Positions 51,107 to 60,054 of a stretch of DNA of 64,000 bases are shown piece by piece. Both the position numbers and the translations under genes were made by a program. Position 1 is the first letter of the stretch; every line of letters begins with the position of its first letter. Source of the DNA: Acidobacteriota bacterium (GTDB lineage: Bacteria > Acidobacteriota > UBA6911 > RPQK01 > JAJDTT01); contig OZ253580.1 in the NCBI GenBank assembly GCA_965263035.1, positions 2,048,001 to 2,112,000 of the forward strand, written 5' to 3'. The notes beneath the pieces are model-generated. The model ran no database searches. It was not told where the DNA came from and saw only the letters and a list, made by a program, of their open reading frames with translations.

Positions 51107-51860
51107 CAGCCCGTGGCAAAAGTCCGGGAAGAGCCAGATCTCTGAAATAAAATGACACTATGGCCATGGGAAAGAAACCGTCTGCGGGACGGCAACGGAA
51201 GATGTGGGTGGCGGCGGAGAAACTGCCTCGGAGTCCGGGGCATCCCTTCTACGAGCGGCTGAATCGGGTGCTGGAGAAAGCGGGGTTCGACGCTTTCGTG
51301 GAGGGACTGTGCGCGCGGTTTTATGCCGACGGGACCGGGCGCCCGAGTCTGCGCCCCGGACGGTACTTCCGGATGCTGTTGTTGGGGTACTTCGAAGGGC
51401 TGAACTCGGAACGGGCCATCGCATGGCGAGTGGCGGATTCGATGAGTGTGCGGGCTTTTCTGGACTTGGATCCGGAGGAGACGCCCCCGAATCACTCCAC
51501 CTTGTCGCGCACCAGTTCGGCACGGGAGGGTTGCGTCGGATCTTCGTCCGGGGCCACGCCAACGTGCGCAAGCGACTGCTGATCCATGTCTGCGGATTCA
51601 ATCTGGGATTGCTGCTGCGCCATCTGACGGGGGTGGGTACGCCCCGCAGTCTCCCGGGCCGCGGTCAGGCACGTCTTTTTACGCTTTTGGGGGCGCGAAC
51701 CGGTCGCTGGATCGGCTGGGATCGGCTCTGGGAGCGTTTCTGGGCGTCGATCCGGCCCGATTCACTGTTTTGGGCTCCTCGGATTCATCAATAAACCATC
51801 TCAACATCAACTCACAGAAAGAACATTAGTCGGAGAAATTGGGGTTTTTGCCACGGGCTG
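51107..51860 (+). mobile_element. Internally deleted IS1182/IS5-like element (754 bp) with TTAG target duplication
   Basis: TTAG|CAGCCCGTGGCAAAA ... TTTTGCCACGGGCTG|TTAG; transposase N-terminus (GRPSL..YFEGLNSER..HSTLSRT) fused out of frame to the C-terminus (GGLRR..NLGLLLR). Confidence 0.85.
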
Positions 51861-53193
51861 TTAGTCGACCTCTCCCTGCGAACAAACCAGGTCCAAAACA
51901 CCGTGTTGAATACGAAGAGCCTGCTAACTGCTTCGCAGTTAGCCCGGGTTATAGGCGACAACCCGATCCCACCATTTCCATCGAAAGTGAGCTTCCAGAG
52001 CGGGCCCAGAAGCCCCAGTTCGGAGCCTTATGCGTAGGCCACCAGACCGTGCGAACCGACAGACACATGGCCAAACGGGAGGCCAGTACAGGGGAGAAAA
52101 GTCCCACGGGAAAAAGAGAATTGGACCCGGGAGGGGTTGGAGGTGGAAACGGGTGCTGCAAAGTTGGGACGGGTAGGGGCATCCGAACGGGCCGTTCAGG
52201 TCTTGTCCGTGCTGGCTCAGGCCGCCAGTCCGTTGCCTGATTCGCTTCGACTGCCATGCTGTGTTTCAGCGGATGCCCCCCTCTACTTATAACTTTCTCA
52301 AACTCCAGGATGATTGATAGAAGAAAATGAACGGGGAGCCATACCCCCCTGAACCCCCTTACTCCAACTTTCCTGTTTTTCCCTTTCCCAACTGGAACAG
52401 GAACCGGGGCCGGGGCCGGGGAAAGAGGGGTAGGGGTACGAAAGACCCCGTCTGCCTCTCCTCCCTTCGGTCGGAAAGCCAGAGGGGAGTCAAGATCCTC
52501 GCGCGCACGCGAGAACCGGCTCCATCTGACTTCCCTTGGTCTTTGTCCCGCTAGATCAGGAATTGCCCGCTAGCGGCAGTCCAGCACGTTTCCGTGGCGG
52601 CGATTGTACCCGCGCACCCCTCCGGCCCTGGACCCAGCTTCGGGGCAGGACGACCTGTTTACCCGTTGCCTTGGGGCTGCCGTGCGCACCGTGAGGGTCC
52701 CGTAGTGCGCCGTCGATCCCGCTGTTGGAGATCGCCTTGATCGCGCCTGGCCCGCGCATAACCCACAACGACAGGCGCAAGACGAAACTGCACCCGGAAT
52801 TGAAGTGTTCCGTGAGTTGAGTCTCATCCTGCCTGGGATTCTAAATCCCTGGGGTGACAAAGGCAGGGCACGTAGAGTTTGGATGAGACTCCGTGGTGAT
52901 GGTCGTCGCGCCCTGCCCGACTCTCTGCCAACTGTAGCAGAATCCGGTGACGCGGTTTGCAAGGGAGACACCCCCGGCTCTGAGCCTTGGCCGGGGGGTC
53001 TTCGAGACCTGGTGAGCCTGACGACTCCCGCCCAAACTCCCAGACAGACCAAGCGGAAGAACGCCTCCAGGCCCCGCCAGAGTACCACGCCGAGGTTGAC
53101 ATACTGGATCGATAAGATGGTCGCCTTGCTGCTGATCGAAGTGTTTGAAATGGCTGATCCGGGACAAACGCCAAGCGCCTGTAAGGACTTTCA

Positions 53194-53832
53194 ATGAGCT
53201 ATTGGTGTTCCCTGGTTACTTCACTTTCCAAAGCGCCAAGCAGCGAAACGATTTGGACTGTCTTGGCAATTATGGCGTCGGCTTTGATTGCGGTGGGAGC
53301 TGCGTTCCTTTCGGCGTGGCTGACGATGAAGAACGCTCGCAAGCTTCAGGACCGCGAACGCAGGCGCGACGAAAAATCAGTCGCTGCGCTTGTAAGTGCG
53401 GATCTCTACGGAAAATTGAGTATGTTAGTCCGGTTGCTGCCGCGACTGAACTTGTCACACGTAGACGTAGAACGCCTGGGACGGAGCATTATTAACCTAG
53501 AACAGAGGCTAACTGGCAGAGTGGTTCTTGAAGCCGCGCTACCAAAATTGGGCTCACTGGGCCACCGAGACACTGCGAATTTGCTCGGTGCCTTCGATGG
53601 CCTTGCGCTTGTAGTAGATGAAGCGCGCCGAGTAGTTGAAGCGAGCCGCGTAACACCTGAACCGATTCCTGTGGAATTGGTCACGCAAATGAAAGAAACC
53701 GCACACCACGTCGGTCTTGTTTTATTCTCGCTGTGGAGACGTTACGAAATAGACCGCCCCGGTCCTTTCGAAAAAACAGGGCTCGATCTGGAGTCACGCG
53801 GGCTTGAGTTCTTAAAGACTCTTGGGTTTTAG
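53194..53832 (+). CDS. Hypothetical protein with N-terminal TM helix
   Basis: IWTVLAIMASALIAVGAAFLSAWL followed by a charged helix; lower GC. Confidence 0.65.
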   Translation: MSYWCSLVTSLSKAPSSETIWTVLAIMASALIAVGAAFLSAWLTMKNARKLQDRERRRDEKSVAALVSADLYGKLSMLVRLLPRLNLSHVDVERLGRSIINLEQRLTGRVVLEAALPKLGSLGHRDTANLLGAFDGLALVVDEARRVVEASRVTPEPIPVELVTQMKETAHHVGLVLFSLWRRYEIDRPGPFEKTGLDLESRGLEFLKTLGF

Positions 53833-53849
53833 GTGTGATGGAAGAACGC

Positions 53850-53936
53850 TGGTCCCCGGCGGAGGACCCGAACCTCCACGGGCCGAAGCCCACCAGATTT
53901 TAAATCCAGCGCGTCTGCCAATTCCGCCAACCGGGG
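53850..53936 (-). tRNA. tRNA-Leu(UAA), atypical
   Basis: CCCCGGT-TG-GCGGAATTGGCAGACGC-G-CTGGA-TTTAAAA-TCTGG-long variable arm (GGGC-TTCG-GCCC)-GGAGG-TTCGGGT-CCTCC-GCCGGGG-A-CCA; 87 nt. Confidence 0.85.
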
Positions 53937-54201
53937 ACAGACATTTTCAGCTGGACTGTCAGCCGGGTTCCCCTATAATGGCTGGTCAATTATTGAGAAT
54001 CGATTGCCAATCCTGTGGTGTGTGTTGGGTCCAGGGCCTGTTAGTCCTGGTAAATGGAACGATTCGGGAGATAATGCAGTCCTCAGCATTTTTTGGGCGT
54101 CGGTTCGAAATCCTATCTTTTTGAACCCTAGCCCCCCAGGAGGGGGCAGGTCAGCTTCTCTTGGACCGTAGAACCAGAGAAACCCTCCGATATCTCCCAG
54201 A

Positions 54202-54229
54202 AAGTCCGTTAATTTCAGTTATTGGAAGG
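54202..54229. other. dif-like site (11-6-11), direct repeat of 59984-60011
   Basis: AAGTCCGTTAA-TTTCAG-TTATTGGAAGG. Confidence 0.6.
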
Positions 54230-54488
54230 CCTCCAGAGTGCGGAGAGGGGCAGCGTCGTGAAGTTCAGTGCGGATGTCCCGCGACTCGGAACGGATGGAC
54301 CGGGGTCGGGAACTCTGGGCTGCGGAGGAGGAATCGGATCCCACAAAATGCGGCGCTACACGCTTGAGAGTCCGGGCGGTTGCCCGGAGCGTGGCCTCTT
54401 GGCGCCGGCCGGGAATCGGTGTCGGTAAAGTACGTTACCCACAGAGTAATTTTGGCTGGGCAAGGATGTCAAGAGGAGGGAACCGTCA

Positions 54489-54962
54489 ATGGCTATCTGG
54501 CAAGCGATGAAAGGGGCCAACGAAAACCCAAAGCAGGAGTGGATTTGCAACGATCTCCGGCATCAGCACTTCAGCGAGGACACAGGCCGCCGGTTAAGGA
54601 AGCATGTGAAGAAAGGTGACCTCCTGCTGATTTACTTCCCCGGGCGCGTGAACAGGGTCTACATGGGTCTCCAGAGGGCCGCCGAGGATGGGCCGCGTGT
54701 GTTGGAACCTGCGGTTCCAGGGGCAGTTGACTGGCCCTGGGGACTCCGGGTGGAAGGCCATTGATGGATTCCGGTCCGACGGTTGGGGATCAGCCTCCAC
54801 GAATCGGCAATCTATTTCCCGAGAAGACCTCAAATAGTTCGATCTGGTCTGGCGCCGGTGGATCACTGGGGCTCCAGGTCGTCGATCCAAACGCTCATCG
54901 ATGAGATCCGAGAGCGAGGTAAAGACCCTTCGACTTGGAAAACGTGGCCGAGATCCCTCTGA
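54489..54962 (+). pseudogene. EVE/PUA-like domain protein interrupted by one in-frame TGA
   Basis: GAGGAGG RBS; VKKGDLLLIYFPG; the frame stays open for about 65 codons after TGA 54762-54764. Confidence 0.45.
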
Positions 54963-55028
54963 CTCGAAAAATCGAGGCCGTAGGCGGCCTGTGTTGGACG
55001 ATCTCGACCGTACCAAGGGTAGGCTTAA

Positions 55029-55191
55029 GGAAGGTCTGATTAAGTCAGCGGCCTTCACGATAATTCTTCCATCGGCATTGAGTGGAGGGATAGAGGATGG
55101 AGCAGCGGACGTTCGCAGATCTGGAATATGAGGCCAAGAAGCGGGTGACCCGTCGGGAGAAGTTTCTGGCTCGCATGGAACGGTTGATTCC
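55029..55191 (+). mobile_element. IS5-family left end with truncated transposase
   Basis: TTAA|GGAAGGTCTGATTAAG; [24 protein letters not shown]. Confidence 0.85.
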
Positions 55192-55258
55192 ATCGTCCCT
55201 GCGGATAACTCCGCCCCCTTTACTACGGCTCAGACTCTGGACTACCTGGTCACGCTCC

Positions 55259-58222
55259 TTATCTATTCCTGAGACATTCTCTCTGGAATCGGCACCATCG
55301 GGAGGGTGGTGAAGATCCGGTTGTCGGCATCGAGTTCCACGGCCACTCCGGTGAACCGGTCCGGTGCCATGCAGCGCACCGAACCCACGAAATCCGACGT
55401 ATCGGTGCGGGTGATATCTCCTCGATGTACCGGGCCTCCTGTCCATTGGCCTCCAGAGGGATCGCCACCGATTCGAGCACGGCGCCGTCTTGCATCAATT
55501 GGCAGCTCACCACCATCGCTTCCTCTCCCAGGTTGTGGATCGCCGCCGCGGTATTGATTCCTCCTGCCTGGCGGCGAGCCGGGAAGATCGCATCCCGGAC
55601 GGGTAGACTGACTCCCACCCCGGCGACTCCGATCTCCGGACTGTCAAAGCGCAAGACCCCACCTATGGGACCGTCCGCCAGGACCCGAACCGAGCCGGTC
55701 ACCAACGGCCCTCGTCCATGGGTCGAGATCGTGAGTTCCCCCAGTGGGGCAACGTCCGTCTGAACGGTCAGGGCTCCATCCGCGCGGACCTCAAGGTCTT
55801 CCCCGGCGTCCACCACCAGTTCCGGGGCAATGAGATCGCCCTGCTTGTCGAAAAAGTAGAGGGCCGGCTGGATGGGGGTGGCCGCAACATTCACGATCAC
55901 GATCTCAGACGTGGTACCGGCCCCATTGGCGAAATGCGCGAAGTCCAGGGCGTCGTCGCAGCGGTCCCGCTCCATGCCCGGCCGCAGCTGCCGTCCGGCA
56001 ACCTGGGCCTCAAAGCCCGCCTCGCACGGTGCCGCCGTCCGCCCAAACCGCGCCATCAAAGCCTGCGGCAGCGGGTCGCTGTTCCTGATCGTTCCGGTCG
56101 CCTCCGCCCTCGTGATGGAGAGCGTCTGGGACGTGTCATCGCACAGCCGTGCATTGCTGATCTTGACCTTCACGGTCTCGCCGTCGTCGTTCACCGAGTC
56201 GTCGATGATGCGGACGAAGGGCTTGTCCACCCGTTTTCCGATCTGCATCCAGTACGTGGCTTTCGGGAACTTGAGGTAGTCCATTCCTTCCGTGGCGGTG
56301 CCGCCCGAGATGGTCTCGAAGTCGTAACACACATAGTCGTCATGCTTCCGCGAGAGCCTGACTCTGAAATCGAGCCACCCGTCGTCCTCGTCCCCGGTCG
56401 CGTCTTTGATCCCAATGGTCAGACCCGGCACGTTGGTCGTGGTGGTCGGCGGCGCGGTGATCGTTCCCGTCGCCTCGGCGGTCGCGATGTTGAGCACCCT
56501 AATTACGTTGCCGTAGGCATCGAACTCGCGCGCGTTGCTGAGCCTTACCATCACCGTCTCGTCGTCGTCCTCGTCCGCGTCCTCAATGAGCGCGAAGCCC
56601 ATCTGCGTGGTCGTCTCTCCATACGGAATGACGTGGGTGTAGACGTGCGGCCAGTAGTCGACGCCTTCGGTGGCGGTGCCTCCCGAAGTAGTCTCAAAGT
56701 CGACCTTCACCGTGTGCGGCGAAGCTGGTGAGAGCGTGACATCGAACAGGAGGTGGCCGTCGTTCTCGGCGGCGCTGGCGTCCGCGATCGAGAGTCTCGG
56801 TGGCGAGCTCCCCAACACGAGACTGACCCTGACTTCCTGGCCGTCCGGCCAGACCAGGTCGGGGGGCAACTGGCCGGCGGGATAGTGCCATAAATCGCCC
56901 CTGCTGCCGTCATCCGACTCCATGTCCGTTGTAAACGTGCGCTCGCCAACGGTGACCACCGTGCCGCGCGGCACACGCGGGAAGGAGCCGAAGTAAAAGT
57001 AAGCACGGGACAGTTCCTCATAGGTGTGCACCGTCCAGACGTTGAAGTTTTCGCCGCCGTATTCGATCTGGTCGTCGTCGAGCGAGCCGAACTTGTCATA
57101 CTCATACCCGACCAAACGGCCGTCGCCTTCGGCGTCTGCCACCGTCATCGTCGCGCACCAGTCGTTGACCGCGGGACAGGGGCCCGGCAACACCACCACT
57201 GTCACTGTCCCGTTCCGGGGATACGCGTCGCTCGTGAGCGGGCCCTCGGCGTGGCCCCGGGAGTCGGTGACGCTCACCTTCACCTTGATCTGCTTGCCCA
57301 GGTCGGACGCGGTCAGCGTGTAGGTTTCGGAGGTCGCCCCGGGGATGTCGGTGTCGGTGGAGCCGTCCACCCGCACCCACTGGTAGGTGAACGTGGGGGT
57401 CGTCGGCAGCCCATCCAGGTCCTCGATGTCGTCCGTCGCCGCCGTCAGCGTCTTGCCCACCTGCCCCCCACCGGAAATCGTCGGCTGGCCGGTGGCGGGA
57501 GCGTCGGTCACAACGAGCGACACGGCGACGTCGGTCCCGGCAGTCCAACTCAGGGTGGTGTTATTCCACTTCCATTGAGTCTTGCCGCCGTTGATCTGGT
57601 TGGCCTCCTTCAGAACGAATTCCTCGCCGTCAATCACCAGTGTCAGACCCTGTGTGGCGGCTGTGGCACCCGTATTGAGCCTAAATAGCAAGACGCTGTT
57701 CTTGGTAAAAAATTTAGTGACCGCGTAGGTCGTCCCGTCATCGGTGAAGTCGTCGCTCAACGTGTTCGAGTTGCTGCATTTTCTATTCCCCGTCGAGCTG
57801 TTGTCACAGCCCAACGGTACGGGGGTCCCTGAGAATGTGGTCCTCGGCGTCAGCGTGGCCGTCCAGATTGTGGTCTGGGCTTGCGCGGGGAGGGCCGCGG
57901 CAAACAGCATGGCGAAAGCCAGGAGGAATGTGGCTGCTAGGGTGTGCCGCGCGCGGGACTCTGGCGGATTTACGCTCGGTCCATATACGACACGTACGTC
58001 GTCACGCATCTCCTTAACCAATCCAGTTTCGGCATACCTCACGTGCGAATAAGTCAATAAGAGCTCATTGCTTCCGACATCAACACCCGTGTCAACCTGT
58101 TCGCGTGGCTGCATACTCAACGACCCCCCGTGGCTGAAAAAAGAACCTGCTGTTCCAATGACCGTATTGGCGTCTCCGGCGGCGAGGTATCGGTCACCTC
58201 GACGGTGCCGGTGCCCCGGCAC
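55259..58222 (-). CDS. Large mosaic surface protein with Calx-beta domains, probably degenerate
   Basis: Signal-like LLAFAMLFAAALPAQAQ; ATGQPTISG..TYQW Ig-like domain; two Calx-beta repeats (LSIADA..FDVTLS..GTATEG.DY); frameshift near 55420. True start uncertain. Confidence 0.7.
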   Translation of the reverse strand: MPGHRHRRGDRYLAAGDANTVIGTAGSFFSHGGSLSMQPREQVDTGVDVGSNELLLTYSHVRYAETGLVKEMRDDVRVVYGPSVNPPESRARHTLAATFLLAFAMLFAAALPAQAQTTIWTATLTPRTTFSGTPVPLGCDNSSTGNRKCSNSNTLSDDFTDDGTTYAVTKFFTKNSVLLFRLNTGATAATQGLTLVIDGEEFVLKEANQINGGKTQWKWNNTTLSWTAGTDVAVSLVVTDAPATGQPTISGGGQVGKTLTAATDDIEDLDGLPTTPTFTYQWVRVDGSTDTDIPGATSETYTLTASDLGKQIKVKVSVTDSRGHAEGPLTSDAYPRNGTVTVVVLPGPCPAVNDWCATMTVADAEGDGRLVGYEYDKFGSLDDDQIEYGGENFNVWTVHTYEELSRAYFYFGSFPRVPRGTVVTVGERTFTTDMESDDGSRGDLWHYPAGQLPPDLVWPDGQEVRVSLVLGSSPPRLSIADASAAENDGHLLFDVTLSPASPHTVKVDFETTSGGTATEGVDYWPHVYTHVIPYGETTTQMGFALIEDADEDDDETVMVRLSNAREFDAYGNVIRVLNIATAEATGTITAPPTTTTNVPGLTIGIKDATGDEDDGWLDFRVRLSRKHDDYVCYDFETISGGTATEGMDYLKFPKATYWMQIGKRVDKPFVRIIDDSVNDDGETVKVKISNARLCDDTSQTLSITRAEATGTIRNSDPLPQALMARFGRTAAPCEAGFEAQVAGRQLRPGMERDRCDDALDFAHFANGAGTTSEIVIVNVAATPIQPALYFFDKQGDLIAPELVVDAGEDLEVRADGALTVQTDVAPLGELTISTHGRGPLVTGSVRVLADGPIGGVLRFDSPEIGVAGVGVSLPVRDAIFPARRQAGGINTAAAIHNLGEEAMVVSCQLMQDGAVLESVAIPLEANGQEARYIEEISPAPIRRISWVRCAAWHRTGSPEWPWNSMPTTGSSPPSRWCRFQRECLRNR

Positions 58223-58368
58223 TCTCCCGTGGAACTCCCGCCCGTGCGGCCAACGTTGTCAGCCAGCGACCGCCTCTCCTGCGACCGTTCCAGGGCAAGG
58301 CCATCGTCGAACTCTTATTTTTACTCTCAAGAATTGGACATACTTAGCGTAAATTGCGGCCTGAGTCC

Positions 58369-58383
58369 CTACCAATTTGGTAG
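58369..58383. promoter_or_regulatory. Perfect palindrome, candidate operator of the adjacent LuxR regulator
   Basis: CTACCAA-T-TTGGTAG in the AT-rich region upstream of the surface-protein gene. Confidence 0.55.
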
Positions 58384-58454
58384 TTTAGATTTGGGAGAAA
58401 AAGGAAGCGGCCGGGAACCGGGCCGCCCCGCTGAGAACGCTGGCAGCCCTACGG

Positions 58455-59591
58455 TTACCCGAACTCGGCGATCGACAGCACCAGCCGCACCAGGTCCGCC
58501 TGCCGGGAGACGGGTTGTTTCTGGTAGATTTGCTTCAGGTGCCAATAGATGGAGCCTGGGGTGCGCCCCGTGGCCTCGGACAGGTCACGGACGCTCTTGC
58601 CTTCCGCCAACCAGACCGCTACCTGGCTCTCCATCGGCGTCAGCCCGAGGGTCCTGGCCACCAAATCGGGGTCGACACGATGCTGGCTCCCCGGCTCGAC
58701 AATCAGGACCAGCGCGGCGACATTCCGCGCTCCGTAGTCCGGTTGGGGAACACCGACGGGTTTGACGTGCACCACGAACGGCGGCAAGCCGGACGGGCGG
58801 TGGAGCAGCATCGACCCGCTGACCGTGACGGCGACGGAGGCCGGCAGCGCGTCAGCCACCAACCCCTCGAGGCGGAGCTGGTCGTCCGGATTGCGGGCAC
58901 CCAGGACCCCATCCCGGTCCGACAACCCATCGCCGTGTCGAAGGATGCTACGGGCGCGGCTATTCGCTTCCATGATCTGCCCACGCCGGTCCAGGTGGAG
59001 AACACCGATCCGAGGGTTATCGAGCAGGGCGGCCACGGTCGTTTCGTGCGCCTCGGCGCGGACCAGCGCCTGCCGGACGCGGATAAATTGTCGAATATGG
59101 GGCATTAGCGCTTGGACCATCGCGATCTCGGAAGACCCCCAGCCATCCGAGGCGACGGGATCAGCGAGAGACCAAGTCATGCGAGAGCCCCCCGGCCCGT
59201 CCAGGAGCACGTTCAAGCCATTCTGATACTTGGACCGGAGTAATGCCTCGTTGTAGGTACGCGAGGTTTTCAACTCCTCGGACGTGTACAGGTCTTTAAT
59301 ATGCACCAGACGGCTGGCGGGCAGTTGCAACTGGCGCGGTATGGCTTCGTTGATGGGATGGTAGACTTCGAGGTACTCACGCTCCAGATCTTCGCGGCGC
59401 TGCCCTCGGTAGTAGAGCCCGACGAAGAGCGCCCGGACGTCGTCCTTCGGGCCTTCGCCGACCATGAGGGCGTTTCCCGTCAGGTTACAAGCCTCGTCGA
59501 TCAGCGCCGAGGTGGCCGGCCAGTGGGCATCGTCGAGCATGGCGTTGTACAACGACGCCAGGATGCGCTCGAACGTGTCTGGGTCACTCAT
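58455..59591 (-). CDS. LuxR-type HTH transcriptional regulator with GAF/PAS-like sensor
   Basis: LYNAMLDDAHW, LMPHIRQ, PAS-like GVLHLDRRGQIMEAN, LTPMESQVAVWLAEG..HLKQIYQK..RQADLVRLV. Confidence 0.88.
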   Translation of the reverse strand: MSDPDTFERILASLYNAMLDDAHWPATSALIDEACNLTGNALMVGEGPKDDVRALFVGLYYRGQRREDLEREYLEVYHPINEAIPRQLQLPASRLVHIKDLYTSEELKTSRTYNEALLRSKYQNGLNVLLDGPGGSRMTWSLADPVASDGWGSSEIAMVQALMPHIRQFIRVRQALVRAEAHETTVAALLDNPRIGVLHLDRRGQIMEANSRARSILRHGDGLSDRDGVLGARNPDDQLRLEGLVADALPASVAVTVSGSMLLHRPSGLPPFVVHVKPVGVPQPDYGARNVAALVLIVEPGSQHRVDPDLVARTLGLTPMESQVAVWLAEGKSVRDLSEATGRTPGSIYWHLKQIYQKQPVSRQADLVRLVLSIAEFG

Positions 59592-59765
59592 GACGGTCAT
59601 TCCTTCAGCAACGCCAGGCTGAACCGTACAGAAGCACTCGCCATATGCACGGCCCACTGTCCACGACACCGGAGCCTGACGGGTGAAGGTCGCAGAGGGG
59701 TTTCTTGCGGTGGAATTATAAAATGGGTCACTGACCTAACCGACAGGTCCCCTCCCTTGTTTCCC

Positions 59766-59883
59766 ACCCCAATGGGCTCACCGGGTGGGGATAGAAGAAG
59801 ACGGAGCAGGATCGCGGCTGGCGCTGGAAACGGGGGCGTCAGGGACGTGGTTTAGATTACGATAAAGTGCAATTATCGTATCC
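59766..59883. repeat. Inverted homologue of the recombinase-upstream region, ending in a TAA-N7-TTA site
   Basis: 59824-59865 vs reverse complement of 40359-40400: 34/42 identities; 59766-59797 vs reverse complement of 40410-40441: 26/32; core TACGATAA-AGTGCAA-TTATCGTA. Confidence 0.7.
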
Positions 59884-59983
59884 TGATCCCTCCTGACGGG
59901 GACAGGCCGTCTTCTTCTGACCCGTGTTTCCGGTCGGCTTGGGGCTGATTCGCACCCCCCGGCACCCTCCCTTTTTCCAGAGA

Positions 59984-60011
59984 ACGTCCGTTAATTTCAG
60001 TTAACGGACGT
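59984..60011. other. Perfectly palindromic dif-like site (11-6-11)
   Basis: ACGTCCGTTAA-TTTCAG-TTAACGGACGT. Confidence 0.65.
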
Positions 60012-60054
60012 AGAGTGTCCATCGGGGGAGCCCGACCAAATCAGAGCGGCGAGG

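Noticed and set aside
51865-53197. Possible replication-gene or origin remnant (purine/pyrimidine tracts, ORF 52805-53197)
   Set aside because: No recognisable Rep motif or clear iterons.
22380-53850. att direct repeat of the tRNA-Leu 3' end
   Set aside because: No convincing second copy of TGGTCCCCGGCGG found by eye, so integration at this tRNA is not demonstrated.
54274-54302. Possible degenerate CRISPR repeat ending GGATGGACCG
   Set aside because: About 19/29 match, but the CCCCGC/GCGGGG stem is destroyed; plausible by chance in GC-rich DNA.
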